Shown in pieces: positions 1 to 9,234 of a DNA stretch of 64,000 nucleotides. Under the pieces are notes generated by a model, which saw nothing but the letters and a program-made list of their open reading frames with translations, had not been told where the DNA came from and ran no database searches. The DNA comes from a virus, in the IMG/VR virus record IMGVR_UViG_3300027816_000069, positions 32,001-96,000 of that record; one strand, written 5' to 3'. A program made the translations under genes and the position numbers. Each line of letters opens with the position of its first letter. The first letter of the stretch is position 1.

Positions 1-128
1 CTCTATAGTAGTTAATAATTACACTATACAAACATATAAAATGATATTATTTTTTCTGTCCTTGCCTTGATCGAATTGTGGTCTATAATATAAATGTGTT
101 GATTTTGAACTTTAACAAGGAATTACTT

Positions 129-338
129 ATGAGCAGAACATATAAAAAGTGGAATCAGAGCGATCTTCAATTTATTATGGACAATCAAAATATGCTAGAT
201 AAAGATGTGGCCTCTAAGCTGAGCGAACTGAGCGGATCGCTAGTTACTCCCAGCATGGTTAGGCGTCAACGACGCAAGAGTGGAATCTCTAAGAAAAGAG
301 GTCGCCCAAGCAAACAGGTATTATCTGTGCAACCATAA
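129..338 (+). CDS. small basic hypothetical protein, possible HTH
   Basis: ORF with AAGGA RBS before ATG129; W..DLQFI...VRRQRRK pattern. Confidence 0.6.
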   Translation: MSRTYKKWNQSDLQFIMDNQNMLDKDVASKLSELSGSLVTPSMVRRQRRKSGISKKRGRPSKQVLSVQP

Positions 339-363
339 TTTAAAACCAAAGGAACAGCTAATG

Positions 364-401
364 ATAAGCTACTATAAGAAATTGTAGTAGCTTATTTTTT
401 T
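364..401 (+). terminator. intrinsic terminator
   Basis: ATAAGCTACTATAA-gaaa-TTGTAGTAGCTTAT hairpin followed by a T run. Confidence 0.6.
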
Positions 402-1664
402 ATGAATAGTATATTTGTACAAATAGCCAGTTATCGAGATAAAGAATTATTGCCTACCTTAAGGGACTTGTTCTCTAAAAGCAGTGGAGAAAATCATATC
501 ACTGTGGGGCTGGTGTGGCAAAAAGATGATACTGAAACCATAGAAGAATTCAGTAATGATAGTCGTGTAAGAATCATTAGTTGTGATTGGGCAGAAAGTA
601 AAGGATTAGGGTGGGCTCGTAGTTTAACTCAAAGTTTATATCAAGATGAAGACTTTACACTACAGCTAGATAGTCACCATAGATTCATACCCAATTGGGA
701 TAAACTGTTAATAGAATGCTATAATTCTTTATTAGGCCAATCGTCCAAACCGTTTTTGACCTCGTATGCTGCTGGTTATGATCCAAATAATGACCAACAC
801 TTATTACAATATGCTTGTAAGGTTTTGCCCATAGACTTTAAAAGTAGTGGCACCATTTGGTTTAATCCTGTAAGATTAGATGCTTCTGAAACTAACAGAC
901 CCATCAGAGCACGATTAGTTAGTGGCCATTACTTTTTTACTGGTGGATCTCATTGTAAGGAGTATCTTTATGATCCTGATCTATATTTTGCAGGAGATGA
1001 GATATGTTTGAGTGCTAGAAGTTACACACTGGGCTATGATTTGTATCATCCTAATGTGAATTTTGTGTGGCATCATTATGGGAGATATGATAGAAATAAA
1101 CATTGGGGCGATCATACTGATAGTGTTAAAAATAAAGGAGTGGTGGAAAAAACGTGGAATGAGCGTGATGATTATAGCAAGCGTAGAATTAGACAGCTGC
1201 TGGGGGAGGAAGACTATGGTATAGATTTGGGAAAATATGGGTTAGGTAATGTGAGAACATTAAAAGATTATGAAACTTATTGTGGCTTTGATTTTAAGAA
1301 CAGAAGAATACACAAATGTGCTATTAGGGGGCTTGAGCCACCAATAACTTTTAGTGATCCTGTAACATACTCTAATGAATTTAAAAAATATATTAATGTC
1401 AATATTACTAGTTTAAATAAAGAAAAGTTTCTAGAATATTCATCTCGTATTTCTTCTATGAGCATAGAATTTTTTAATTTGCAAAGAAATATGATTCATA
1501 CTCAGCATATTAATCCTGTGAATTTTTTACAACAAAATACTTTTAGTACCATAGTGGTTAGCGATAACGAACCTATGAGATATCGCATTACCGCTATGGA
1601 CAAAATGCTAAATACTATTTATAGTTATGAAAATGATATGAGACCTAATATACACTGGAATTAG
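402..1664 (+). CDS. glycosyltransferase (GlcNAc-transferase/Gnt1-like, GT-A fold)
   Basis: IFVQIASYRD N-terminus, LQLDSHHRF, YDPDLYFAGDE motifs. Confidence 0.8.
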   Translation: MNSIFVQIASYRDKELLPTLRDLFSKSSGENHITVGLVWQKDDTETIEEFSNDSRVRIISCDWAESKGLGWARSLTQSLYQDEDFTLQLDSHHRFIPNWDKLLIECYNSLLGQSSKPFLTSYAAGYDPNNDQHLLQYACKVLPIDFKSSGTIWFNPVRLDASETNRPIRARLVSGHYFFTGGSHCKEYLYDPDLYFAGDEICLSARSYTLGYDLYHPNVNFVWHHYGRYDRNKHWGDHTDSVKNKGVVEKTWNERDDYSKRRIRQLLGEEDYGIDLGKYGLGNVRTLKDYETYCGFDFKNRRIHKCAIRGLEPPITFSDPVTYSNEFKKYINVNITSLNKEKFLEYSSRISSMSIEFFNLQRNMIHTQHINPVNFLQQNTFSTIVVSDNEPMRYRITAMDKMLNTIYSYENDMRPNIHWN

Positions 1665-2407
1665 GTTGCTTCTGAAAAACATATTGCTAAAAATCCATGA
1701 CAACATGCTCCAAAACTATCCACAGCACCCAACATGAATCCTGATTGAGAGGCGTTCAATATCGTAGAAGTATTAATGTATCCAGGCTGTTTGCAAGATC
1801 CAAATACAACACCATCGATTGATATACTATCATCAAACTGGCCTATAATATTTACGTTTGTAGATGATGTTAATAATGATGATGGTTTTGGTATAAAAAT
1901 TTCTGTTGCAATAGTATTGCATCCATACCAGCCAATGAAACTATTCCAACAATTACTACTTATATATGGAACATTACCTGTTGTCCATACTGGATGTTCA
2001 TATTTTGCATATATACAATTTTCACAATTTTCTATCCAAACAGACTCCCCACTAAGACTAGTACAAGTTCCAAAATATGGATCACATTCACTACAATCGT
2101 CTACTATTCTAATAGATTGACATTCTGGAGGATAACCAGGATAGGTTTGATATGTATATCCTGATGGACAGGTGATAGTTCCAGGACCAAAGAAATCAAT
2201 TGGAATCAGTTCTTCACAGAGCAGATAATTTAGACCACTGTTGCATGCTGCTTCAGAAGTTATATTAGGATTTAATACTCCTCCTATAAAACAACATCCA
2301 GAAGAACCAATATCTGGACAAGGTTCTAATGAACAAGTTTGTTGAGATAATAGATTATTATAATTTAATCTTTTAGTGTTTAAAATATTTGGTATATATA
2401 TTGCCAT
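1661..2407 (-). CDS. Cys-rich hypothetical protein (possible virion/surface)
   Basis: 248-aa ORF rich in Cys and Gly. Confidence 0.65.
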   Translation of the reverse strand: MAIYIPNILNTKRLNYNNLLSQQTCSLEPCPDIGSSGCCFIGGVLNPNITSEAACNSGLNYLLCEELIPIDFFGPGTITCPSGYTYQTYPGYPPECQSIRIVDDCSECDPYFGTCTSLSGESVWIENCENCIYAKYEHPVWTTGNVPYISSNCWNSFIGWYGCNTIATEIFIPKPSSLLTSSTNVNIIGQFDDSISIDGVVFGSCKQPGYINTSTILNASQSGFMLGAVDSFGACCHGFLAICFSEAT

Positions 2408-2421
2408 AATTATTTTGAATG

Positions 2422-4101
2422 CTATTTGGGGAAACTGTTACTATAAATTGATTGTTGAAATTGTGCATCTGTATTCTCAATAATATTAACTATAAAAATT
2501 TGTTTACTTTTGTTGATTTCTGGTTTAGGATAGCCATTGTTCTGTAAAACTATCGAATTGTCATTATTTTTTTCCACATTAATTTTATACTTAAATTGCA
2601 AAATAATATTATTGGTATCACCCAAAAATATAGATTTTGGAAAATCATTACTATATTCATACTGAGATAATGTAAATGCTCTATTATCATTATCTGTTTC
2701 AGTAGTTTCATTAGTCTCAGGATTAACCGTAAATGTTGTAAATGCTCTTTTGATACCTGTAACTTTTATGCTTGTTTTACAATTACCACCATCTAAAATA
2801 TCCGATGCTTTTTTTAAGGCTTTACCCTCGTTAGAATTTACGCCATAGAGCGACAGCATAAGCTCAATTTCTTTTTTTAAGTTATTTCCTCTGTTTAAAT
2901 AATGTATTCTGTCCTTAATGCATTTGTTAAAAGCTGCATTTAATGGTTTTTCATATAGGTTAACATTATCTAAATTTGGTATTGTGGTTGAGTCATAAGT
3001 GTATCTTTTTATGAGACCGTTGTTTAAGCCTGGAGATCCATCGTATGGTCCTAATATAACGGTTGTTGTATCAACTTGATTATTGTCTTCTCGATGATCA
3101 ATACTCCACACCGCATTAGCTGCTGATACAGAATGGCCCTCTATTCTTATTCTTTCCCACGCATTTGGAATATCTGATTGGGCAGTAACGTGCAAATATT
3201 GTTTATTATTAGGTCCCCACGGTCTTTTTTCACTACTAGCTATTCTTATTGGATCATCAGCATCTTCCATAAAATCAAATATATCTGAATATATAAAATC
3301 CCACTTAGTATAATAATTAGCGTCTCTATCATTTACTCTGACTCTATTATCTTCTAGTTTAGCAGTATTATTAGCATCAATACCATAGAGTCTATATTCT
3401 CGTGTGTTGGGTATGGGTTTGCTTTGTGCTTCTGGTAATTTGTTATTTAATTTTTGATCTTTTAATACTGATTTTGCTTTTATGGTAACAATATCATTAG
3501 ATGTTAATTTTTTAGGTTTTTTAACAAATAATATTTGACTAAATGGGGAGCCATCTGGTCTAATAAATGCTGGTACTTCAATAATAGCATTCTGACCACC
3601 ACAACTAATTGTTAATTCAATATTAGCAGTTACTGGATAGTATATTAAAAAGTCTTGTTGTAGATTGTTACTAAAATTGATATATACGTGTGGTTTCTTT
3701 GCGGGATTTACTTGATTGAAAAAATCTCTCTGAGGAACTGTTCCATTCGATTGTAAAGACCATCTTATATTATAATAAAATAAACTATTAGAATTATAGT
3801 ATGTATGCAGACCATTAATAGTATTTAGTCCTTTTAGACCTAAAGAATCTAAAGAATCGCCAGGAACTGCACCAGGCACATCCTTTAGAATAATATCAAA
3901 AAATTTGAAATTATCTTTATCGTTTTTATACAGATCAGACGTAAATTTATATTCTGATGTTGGTCCCAAATCATTTATGGAAAATCCTTTAAATCCTAAT
4001 CCATTTGATTCATATAGTGACGTGATATATGGTGAAAGATTAGCATATGGGGCTGATAAACTTAAGCCCGGAGTATTATTTAGTAGAATAATATCTGGCA
4101 T
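2422..4101 (-). CDS. hypothetical protein (possible structural)
   Basis: 559-aa Asn-rich ORF, co-oriented with 1661-2407. Confidence 0.7.
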   Translation of the reverse strand: MPDIILLNNTPGLSLSAPYANLSPYITSLYESNGLGFKGFSINDLGPTSEYKFTSDLYKNDKDNFKFFDIILKDVPGAVPGDSLDSLGLKGLNTINGLHTYYNSNSLFYYNIRWSLQSNGTVPQRDFFNQVNPAKKPHVYINFSNNLQQDFLIYYPVTANIELTISCGGQNAIIEVPAFIRPDGSPFSQILFVKKPKKLTSNDIVTIKAKSVLKDQKLNNKLPEAQSKPIPNTREYRLYGIDANNTAKLEDNRVRVNDRDANYYTKWDFIYSDIFDFMEDADDPIRIASSEKRPWGPNNKQYLHVTAQSDIPNAWERIRIEGHSVSAANAVWSIDHREDNNQVDTTTVILGPYDGSPGLNNGLIKRYTYDSTTIPNLDNVNLYEKPLNAAFNKCIKDRIHYLNRGNNLKKEIELMLSLYGVNSNEGKALKKASDILDGGNCKTSIKVTGIKRAFTTFTVNPETNETTETDNDNRAFTLSQYEYSNDFPKSIFLGDTNNIILQFKYKINVEKNNDNSIVLQNNGYPKPEINKSKQIFIVNIIENTDAQFQQSIYSNSFPK

Positions 4102-4270
4102 AATTATCTACCATATATGATATAAGATGGAGCGATAACTAGCTGTGGTTTATTGGGAACCAAAACTTTGGTAGTGGTGGCATTATTAATCTTAGTATTA
4201 TTTGATGTTTTAATTAGTTTGCTATTAAACATTATGATCATAAGAGCCTTTCAATAAAAGAATGTATCTG

Positions 4271-4280
4271 ATTATACACC
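4271..4280 (-). promoter_or_regulatory. GGTGTA-type putative late promoter
   Basis: GGTGTATAAT on the minus strand upstream of leftward genes; similar motifs at 44417(-), 52031(+), 62287(+). Confidence 0.4.
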
Positions 4281-4480
4281 ACAACTGGACGCTATGAAAC
4301 TCTGATTCTGTATAAAAATTATTTTGATAAAAAAAGAAAAGGATGGTGGATTGTGGCTGATAAACTGGCCAATTATTTGGTGAGGGTGCTTATTTTTTTT
4401 AGACCACCGCCACCTTTTTGGATATCCCCCTTCATTGTGGGGGAAATGAAAAAACCCCCCGTTGGTAGGGAAAGCATCTA

Positions 4481-4497
4481 TGCAAAATCTGTGCCAA
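4481..4497 (-). promoter_or_regulatory. sigma54 -24/-12-like box
   Basis: TTGGCACAGATTTTGCA, exact GG-N10-GC. Confidence 0.55.
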
Positions 4498-4540
4498 ATG
4501 CTCGAGAAAAATTCCAGAAAGATTCTCTGATTTTTTTTTC

Positions 4541-4599
4541 TTGCAATTGCCGATAACTAAGGTAGAATCAGGGAAACGAAAGGGAAAGAAAATGCAAAA
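4541..4599 (+). repeat. promoter-RBS-start direct repeat, copy 1
   Basis: TTGCAATTGCCGATAACTAAGGTAGAATCAGGGAAACGAAAGGGAAAGAAAATGCAAA, near-identical at 4922. Confidence 0.9.
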
Positions 4600-4846
4600 C
4601 TGGACTCCTATCAACAAACAACTTCCCCCCGTGGCAGAATGTCGCAAAGAATACTATGTTACTATTCTTAGCCATGAAGGGCGTCGATGCGTAAAGGAAG
4701 GTACATATTGTTATAAAAACTACAATCATCCTTCCGATAACTGGCAGTTTCATTCTTATGATGGAGAAGAATGCGATATAGAAGATTATGGTACAATCAT
4801 AGCATGGATGCCAGTACCAGAAACACCCGCACCATTTCAAGGCTAA
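4592..4846 (+). CDS. DUF551-like hypothetical protein
   Basis: W..I..QLP N-terminus and IIAWMPVPE.P C-terminus. Confidence 0.65.
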   Translation: MQNWTPINKQLPPVAECRKEYYVTILSHEGRRCVKEGTYCYKNYNHPSDNWQFHSYDGEECDIEDYGTIIAWMPVPETPAPFQG

Positions 4847-4854
4847 GTATTTGT

Positions 4855-4890
4855 TTGGCACAGTTTTTGCATATGCAACTATCATGCCAA
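4855..4890. promoter_or_regulatory. convergent pair of sigma54-like boxes
   Basis: TTGGCACAGTTTTTGCA (+) and TTGGCATGATAGTTGCA (-), both GG-N10-GC. Confidence 0.55.
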
Positions 4891-4921
4891 ACCAAAATAT
4901 TTTTCCTCTAATTTTTTCCGT

Positions 4922-4979
4922 TTGCAATTGTCGATAACTAAGGTAGAATCAGGGAAACGAAAGGGAAATAAAATGCAAA
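4922..4979 (+). repeat. promoter-RBS-start direct repeat, copy 2
   Basis: two mismatches versus the 4541 copy. Confidence 0.9.
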
Positions 4980-5203
4980 TGACAATCAAGCCGGTTAAGG
5001 GTATGTATTTCTCTGCTATTCGCAATCGTGACGATAAGGTTTTCGTCGGGACTATTGTCAACGTCAAGTCTATGGGCATGAAGGGTAAGATGATTACCGT
5101 TCTTACCGGCCATGCAAAGTATGCAAACGTCTATCTAGACGAGTGCTACGATTACGCTTGGAGCGACTTTCCCCTTCCTCCCCTCCCCGGCCGGGGGGAG
5201 TGA
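4973..5203 (+). CDS. hypothetical protein
   Basis: ORF starting inside the repeated promoter/RBS module. Confidence 0.7.
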   Translation: MQMTIKPVKGMYFSAIRNRDDKVFVGTIVNVKSMGMKGKMITVLTGHAKYANVYLDECYDYAWSDFPLPPLPGRGE

Positions 5204-5275
5204 ACGGGTATAGACGGGCCGTTATCGGGGTACTTTGAATCCTCCCCCATAGTGGGGGCTAACCTAGGAAAAATC

Positions 5276-5476
5276 ATGAGCGTATCAGAAATGATCGTGC
5301 GACTGCAATCGGAAGGTATGATCGTGTCGCGTATTCCGAATGATAGTCGGACATTACACGTTGACGGCTATCATCCCCCCCATGCGAAGGGGTTGCCCGA
5401 TTGGATTTATGGATGCCCCGGATGGGGGGTATCGTCCTGCGGATTCGCTCGCGTGTTTATATTCAAGGTGGGTTGA
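5276..5476 (+). CDS. hypothetical protein
   Basis: AGGA RBS plus ATG. Confidence 0.5.
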   Translation: MSVSEMIVRLQSEGMIVSRIPNDSRTLHVDGYHPPHAKGLPDWIYGCPGWGVSSCGFARVFIFKVG

Positions 5477-5541
5477 CCCCCTACTAGGGGGGTTGATTGT
5501 AGTCGGAACTTTGCTAGAATCTTTTGAACAGGAGAAACAAC

Positions 5542-5913
5542 ATGGCTAAGTATGCTATCATCGAAAACGCAAAGCGTACCGTTCGCATGGCCTTCAAGGG
5601 TATCGCTATCCCTCACCTTGTGAAGATTTCCGATAGTCAGGTGGTGGAGGGTGTCGAATATGTTTACGGCGTCAACGATCACGACCGCTATCTTGTGACC
5701 GAAAAGGTTATCAAGTTCAACCGCTCGGCTCTGCGGAATACCAGCAAAAGCAAGGCTGACAAGGTTAACCCCCGCGTGTTAGGGGATGACGACTCCATGA
5801 TCGTGAAGGTGGGCAAGCCGGGTAGTCGGGAGCGTGTAGAGGCTTTGGCATCCCAGTATGCTGCCGTCGAGGCGACCGGCGAGGAACTCTCCCCCTTTGG
5901 GTGGGATAAGTGA
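5542..5913 (+). CDS. hypothetical protein
   Basis: AGGAG RBS, 123 aa. Confidence 0.75.
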   Translation: MAKYAIIENAKRTVRMAFKGIAIPHLVKISDSQVVEGVEYVYGVNDHDRYLVTEKVIKFNRSALRNTSKSKADKVNPRVLGDDDSMIVKVGKPGSRERVEALASQYAAVEATGEELSPFGWDK

Positions 5914-5944
5914 ACACCGGTATACCCCCACTACGGTAGGGGAA

Positions 5945-5988
5945 CTGCCAAAATGGCAGGCCGGCCGGCCCATCTGCCAAAATGGCAG
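5945..5988. repeat. tandem dyad repeat, copy 1
   Basis: CTGCCAAAATGGCAG-gccggccggcccat-CTGCCAAAATGGCAG. Confidence 0.95.
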
Positions 5989-5991
5989 TCG

Positions 5992-6008
5992 AGCAAACCG
6001 TGTGCCAA
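5992..6008 (-). promoter_or_regulatory. sigma54-like box
   Basis: TTGGCACACGGTTTGCT, adjacent to dyad copy 1. Confidence 0.55.
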
Positions 6009-6040
6009 ATAAAAATATTTTTTCCGTTGATTTTTTTTGA

Positions 6041-6067
6041 TTGACAAGCCGATAATTCTGGTATAAT
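6041..6067 (+). promoter_or_regulatory. early promoter TTGACA..GCCGATAA..TATAAT
   Basis: ttgacaagccgataattctggtataat. Confidence 0.7.
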
Positions 6068-6092
6068 CAAGGCATCACAAGGGAGAAAAGTT

Positions 6093-6287
6093 ATGCTTCA
6101 CGATTTTGATGATGTGAATCGGATTCTGGCTGAGATGACGAGCGAGAACATGATCGAACCCATCGACGAGAGCGATTGTCACCCGATGGACTGGGCCGAA
6201 GTGACCGGGGTGCTGGACGATGTGCAGGATGAAATTTATCCCGAGCCCATGCTTGACGAAAACGGTGTTCTGTGGTATGTTAGTTGA
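6093..6287 (+). CDS. acidic hypothetical protein
   Basis: GGGAG RBS downstream of promoter. Confidence 0.7.
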   Translation: MLHDFDDVNRILAEMTSENMIEPIDESDCHPMDWAEVTGVLDDVQDEIYPEPMLDENGVLWYVS

Positions 6288-6300
6288 AAAGGAAAAAATA

Positions 6301-6552
6301 ATGAGCAAAGGTCATGATGAATTGGCCGAATATCTTTACAATAATAAAGAGGATACTGATATGTACTATCATGATGACACTACCGACCCTAACTATGATG
6401 ATCATGAGGATTTTTACAGTGATTCATTTGATGATGATATGGATGGCGATGTGGAAACTGGCCTCGCTTCCGCCGGATGGGGAACCGATGAGGACTACGG
6501 GTATTATGGTGATGATACCCCGATGAGCGACGATTACTATGGTGGAGAATAA
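6301..6552 (+). CDS. highly acidic hypothetical protein
   Basis: D/Y-rich with LASAGWGTDEDYG motif. Confidence 0.7.
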   Translation: MSKGHDELAEYLYNNKEDTDMYYHDDTTDPNYDDHEDFYSDSFDDDMDGDVETGLASAGWGTDEDYGYYGDDTPMSDDYYGGE

Positions 6553-6556
6553 TAAC

Positions 6557-6853
6557 ATGCCAAAGATTAGTGTTAAGGATTGGATTAAGTCTTATATGTC
6601 ACAACCAGAGGAAAAGAAAATGATGAACGTTATCGTAACTCACACGGATACTTTTGGTGGAGAGGCTAATTATGGATGGGTGAAGCGTCACGAGTTTACT
6701 ATTCACAAGCATGCGTCACAGCGTAATATTACTCGAAAGGTTAAGGCTTTGGCCGGAATGACCGGTGTTAAGAGTGATACGTTTGATTATGATGTTGGTC
6801 TTACTATTAAGCCTAGGGGTTATAATCAAGTTATTTTCGTAGATTTTGAATAG
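6557..6853 (+). CDS. hypothetical protein
   Basis: TDTFGGEANYGWV motif; start may be 6620. Confidence 0.7.
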   Translation: MPKISVKDWIKSYMSQPEEKKMMNVIVTHTDTFGGEANYGWVKRHEFTIHKHASQRNITRKVKALAGMTGVKSDTFDYDVGLTIKPRGYNQVIFVDFE

Positions 6854-6865
6854 GAGGAACCCGAT

Positions 6866-6909
6866 CTGCCAAAATGGCAGGCGGGCCGGCCGATCTGCCA
6901 AAATGACAC
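6866..6909. repeat. tandem dyad repeat, copy 2
   Basis: CTGCCAAAATGGCAG-14nt-CTGCCAAAATGACAC. Confidence 0.95.
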
Positions 6910-6980
6910 CCTAATTTTTTCTCTTGACTATTCAAGTTCGGCCTGTAGAATACCGATAACACTAGTAGGAGAAAAAGAAA

Positions 6981-7205
6981 ATGGTTGACGGATACCAGAA
7001 AATCTATAAGTTTGACAATGGTTTTGGGGCCAGTGTGGTTTCTCATAGTGGCTCATATGGAGGAAAAGAGGGTTTGTTTGAGATTGCTATTCTTGATAAG
7101 AATGATCAAATTAGTTATGATACCTTTATTACTGGTGATGTAATTGGATGGCTTGATTTTGCTGGCGTGGCCGATATTCTGGAAAGAATTAAGAATCTTG
7201 CTTGA
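6981..7205 (+). CDS. conserved phage hypothetical protein
   Basis: FDNGFGASVV..GLFEIAI..DVIGWL. Confidence 0.75.
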   Translation: MVDGYQKIYKFDNGFGASVVSHSGSYGGKEGLFEIAILDKNDQISYDTFITGDVIGWLDFAGVADILERIKNLA

Positions 7206-7257
7206 CAAGTGTCGATAAGTAGAGTAGACTTACACTATACCACTAAGGGAAAAGACA

Positions 7258-7575
7258 ATGAATCACGCCGAAGCAATTAAGATGGTTCGTGGCAAGAGGA
7301 ACGCTGATCGTCGCAAGGTTGGCAACAATACCTATGCTGAAATTCTGCCGAATGGTAGTGTGGGAATTATGCTTCACAGTACCTATGTTGTACAGATTCA
7401 TCCTGACAATACCTACACCCTCAATAGTGGGGGCTGGCAAACGCTAACCACTAAGGATAGAATTAACCAGTATAGCCCGCGTCGAGTGTACCAGCGGAAT
7501 TTTGAATGGTTCGTGAAGATTAACGATAAGGAATATCCTTTTATGGATGGGATGGTGGTGGGTTGTCCCACCTAA
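7258..7575 (+). CDS. conserved phage hypothetical protein
   Basis: LNSGGWQTLTTKDRIN motif; promoter at 7202. Confidence 0.75.
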   Translation: MNHAEAIKMVRGKRNADRRKVGNNTYAEILPNGSVGIMLHSTYVVQIHPDNTYTLNSGGWQTLTTKDRINQYSPRRVYQRNFEWFVKINDKEYPFMDGMVVGCPT

Positions 7576-7613
7576 CCCTTCGGGTTCGGCTGGGGTGGCT
7601 GTAGTCAGCCAAA
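7564..7613 (+). repeat. TGT...GTAGTCAGC motif, copy 1
   Basis: TGT-to-GTAG offset is 37 nt in all four copies. Confidence 0.7.
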
Positions 7614-7618
7614 AATAC

Positions 7619-7660
7619 TAAAGTTTGAAACGTTGACAAGCCGATAGATAAAGGTAGAAT
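7619..7660 (+). promoter_or_regulatory. overlapping sigma28-like and sigma70 promoter
   Basis: TAAAG..GCCGATAG overlapping TTGACA..TAGAAT. Confidence 0.65.
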
Positions 7661-7892
7661 GGTGCAGAAATGGAGGTTGTTATGGGTCATCTTGCTGGGC
7701 TTTTGATCTTGGTCATTTTTTGTGGGTTTATTGTGGGTATTATTGGGGTGGCTGCTGATCTTAATGATTGAATAAATAAAAGGAATTCAAGGATGAATTT
7801 TGACCCCTATAATTTTGTGTGTGGTTTTATTGTAGCCTTATTGTTGTGCTATAGTGTGGCCGATCTGGTTTTTTCCACTAAGGATAATAGTA

Positions 7893-8180
7893 ATGAAATT
7901 GACGACTAAGGAAATCGTTTTTCTTGCTTGCGTGTTTGTGGTTGGTTGTTTTTGTGCTTTTTATGCTAATACCAGCATTAAGCATGATACTCCCGCAGAG
8001 TTTTTGAACGAAAAGCCAATGGAGCCGCCGAAGGTAGAATTTGAACAGGAACCTAGTGGGGTTTCATATAATGATCCCGAATTGAAAATTGTTGAAGTTA
8101 TGTATACTAGTGAACAGGAAGGAATTCATACTGTTAAGGTGGCCTCATGCCGAGGATGTCACTGGAAATGCTGCCAATAA
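7893..8180 (+). CDS. hypothetical membrane-anchored protein
   Basis: N-terminal hydrophobic helix. Confidence 0.6.
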   Translation: MKLTTKEIVFLACVFVVGCFCAFYANTSIKHDTPAEFLNEKPMEPPKVEFEQEPSGVSYNDPELKIVEVMYTSEQEGIHTVKVASCRGCHWKCCQ

Positions 8181-8214
8181 GGCAGCTCGGCCGGCCAACA
8201 TGCCAAAATGGCAG
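8171..8214. repeat. tandem dyad repeat, copy 3
   Basis: CTGCCAATAAGGCAG-14nt-ATGCCAAAATGGCAG. Confidence 0.9.
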
Positions 8215-8290
8215 TCAAAAAAATTTTTAAGTATTGCTTGACAACTGCCGATATCTAGTGTAGAATCAGCAAACACGAAAGGAAAAGAAC

Positions 8291-8530
8291 ATGACCTACA
8301 ACGGCTTCAAGAATTACGAAACGTGGAATGTTGTGCTGTGGATCAATAACGATGAGGGTCTGTATAATCTGGCTCGCCAGTGCGTATCCTATGATGAGTT
8401 TGTGGATTGTATGAAAGATTTGGGTGGTGAGATTGGATATCAAACGCCCGATGGTGTGGCTTGGAATGATTCTGGCATCGACCGTGAAAGCGTGAATCGG
8501 GATTGGGTTCAGGATTTTGTTGAAGTGTAG
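8291..8530 (+). CDS. conserved phage hypothetical protein
   Basis: YNG.KNYETWNV.LWINNDEGLY..TPDGV. Confidence 0.75.
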   Translation: MTYNGFKNYETWNVVLWINNDEGLYNLARQCVSYDEFVDCMKDLGGEIGYQTPDGVAWNDSGIDRESVNRDWVQDFVEV

Positions 8531-8592
8531 GCTTGACTTTTGACGATCATGGGTTAGACTATGGAAAAGGTTTTTCAAAACGAAAGGGTTTC

Positions 8593-9003
8593 ATGATGAA
8601 TGAAGTGATTATTGGTGCTATTGCTGCTGTGGTATTGGTTGCTGGTCTTCTGTCGTTTGCTGGTTTTCATGTGTATGGTGGCGTTAAGGATAGTCTGACC
8701 AATGCACGGGTTGGTCGAGTATACAACTTTGAGTATATTCAGCCCGTGACGGGTGATCCTGAGCGATTTATGGCTAAGGTGCTGGATGTTCATGAGTTTT
8801 CCGCTGATTATCTGGCTAGACTGAATGCGGTGAGTAGGTATCGTAGGTATGATCCTAACTTTGAGCGTAGCCGCCATATGGTGACGGCCCAAACGCCAGA
8901 TGGTAAGATTAGGAACTTTTACGCTGAACGCACCCGCAATGTTCGTCGGCCACTCCTTGGTGGGGTAGCCTTCCGAACAGGGCTGGCTGAACTGCTGTCC
9001 TGA
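8593..9003 (+). CDS. hypothetical membrane-anchored protein
   Basis: N-terminal TM; promoter at 8533. Confidence 0.7.
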   Translation: MMNEVIIGAIAAVVLVAGLLSFAGFHVYGGVKDSLTNARVGRVYNFEYIQPVTGDPERFMAKVLDVHEFSADYLARLNAVSRYRRYDPNFERSRHMVTAQTPDGKIRNFYAERTRNVRRPLLGGVAFRTGLAELLS

Positions 9004-9020
9004 AAAGATGTTCCATCGCA

Positions 9021-9051
9021 AGCCCGTCCTAGGAAACCCCTAGGGCGGGCT
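9021..9051 (+). terminator. GC-rich hairpin after gene
   Basis: AGCCCGTCCTAGG-aaacc-CCTAGGGCGGGCT. Confidence 0.6.
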
Positions 9052-9061
9052 GATGGAGTTT

Positions 9062-9105
9062 CTGCCAAAACGGCAGGCGGGCCGGCCGATCTGCCATAAT
9101 GGCAG
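9062..9105. repeat. tandem dyad repeat, copy 4
   Basis: CTGCCAAAACGGCAG-14nt-CTGCCATAATGGCAG. Confidence 0.95.
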
Positions 9106-9234
9106 GAAATTTCTTGTGGATTTTGTCTCTTGACAAGCCGATACTAGAGTGTAGAATGATAGAGTCACCAACAAAAATCCGATTCATTCGGTGTTATACG
9201 CTTGACAAGTCGAGAACGTATGCTATATTGGTGA

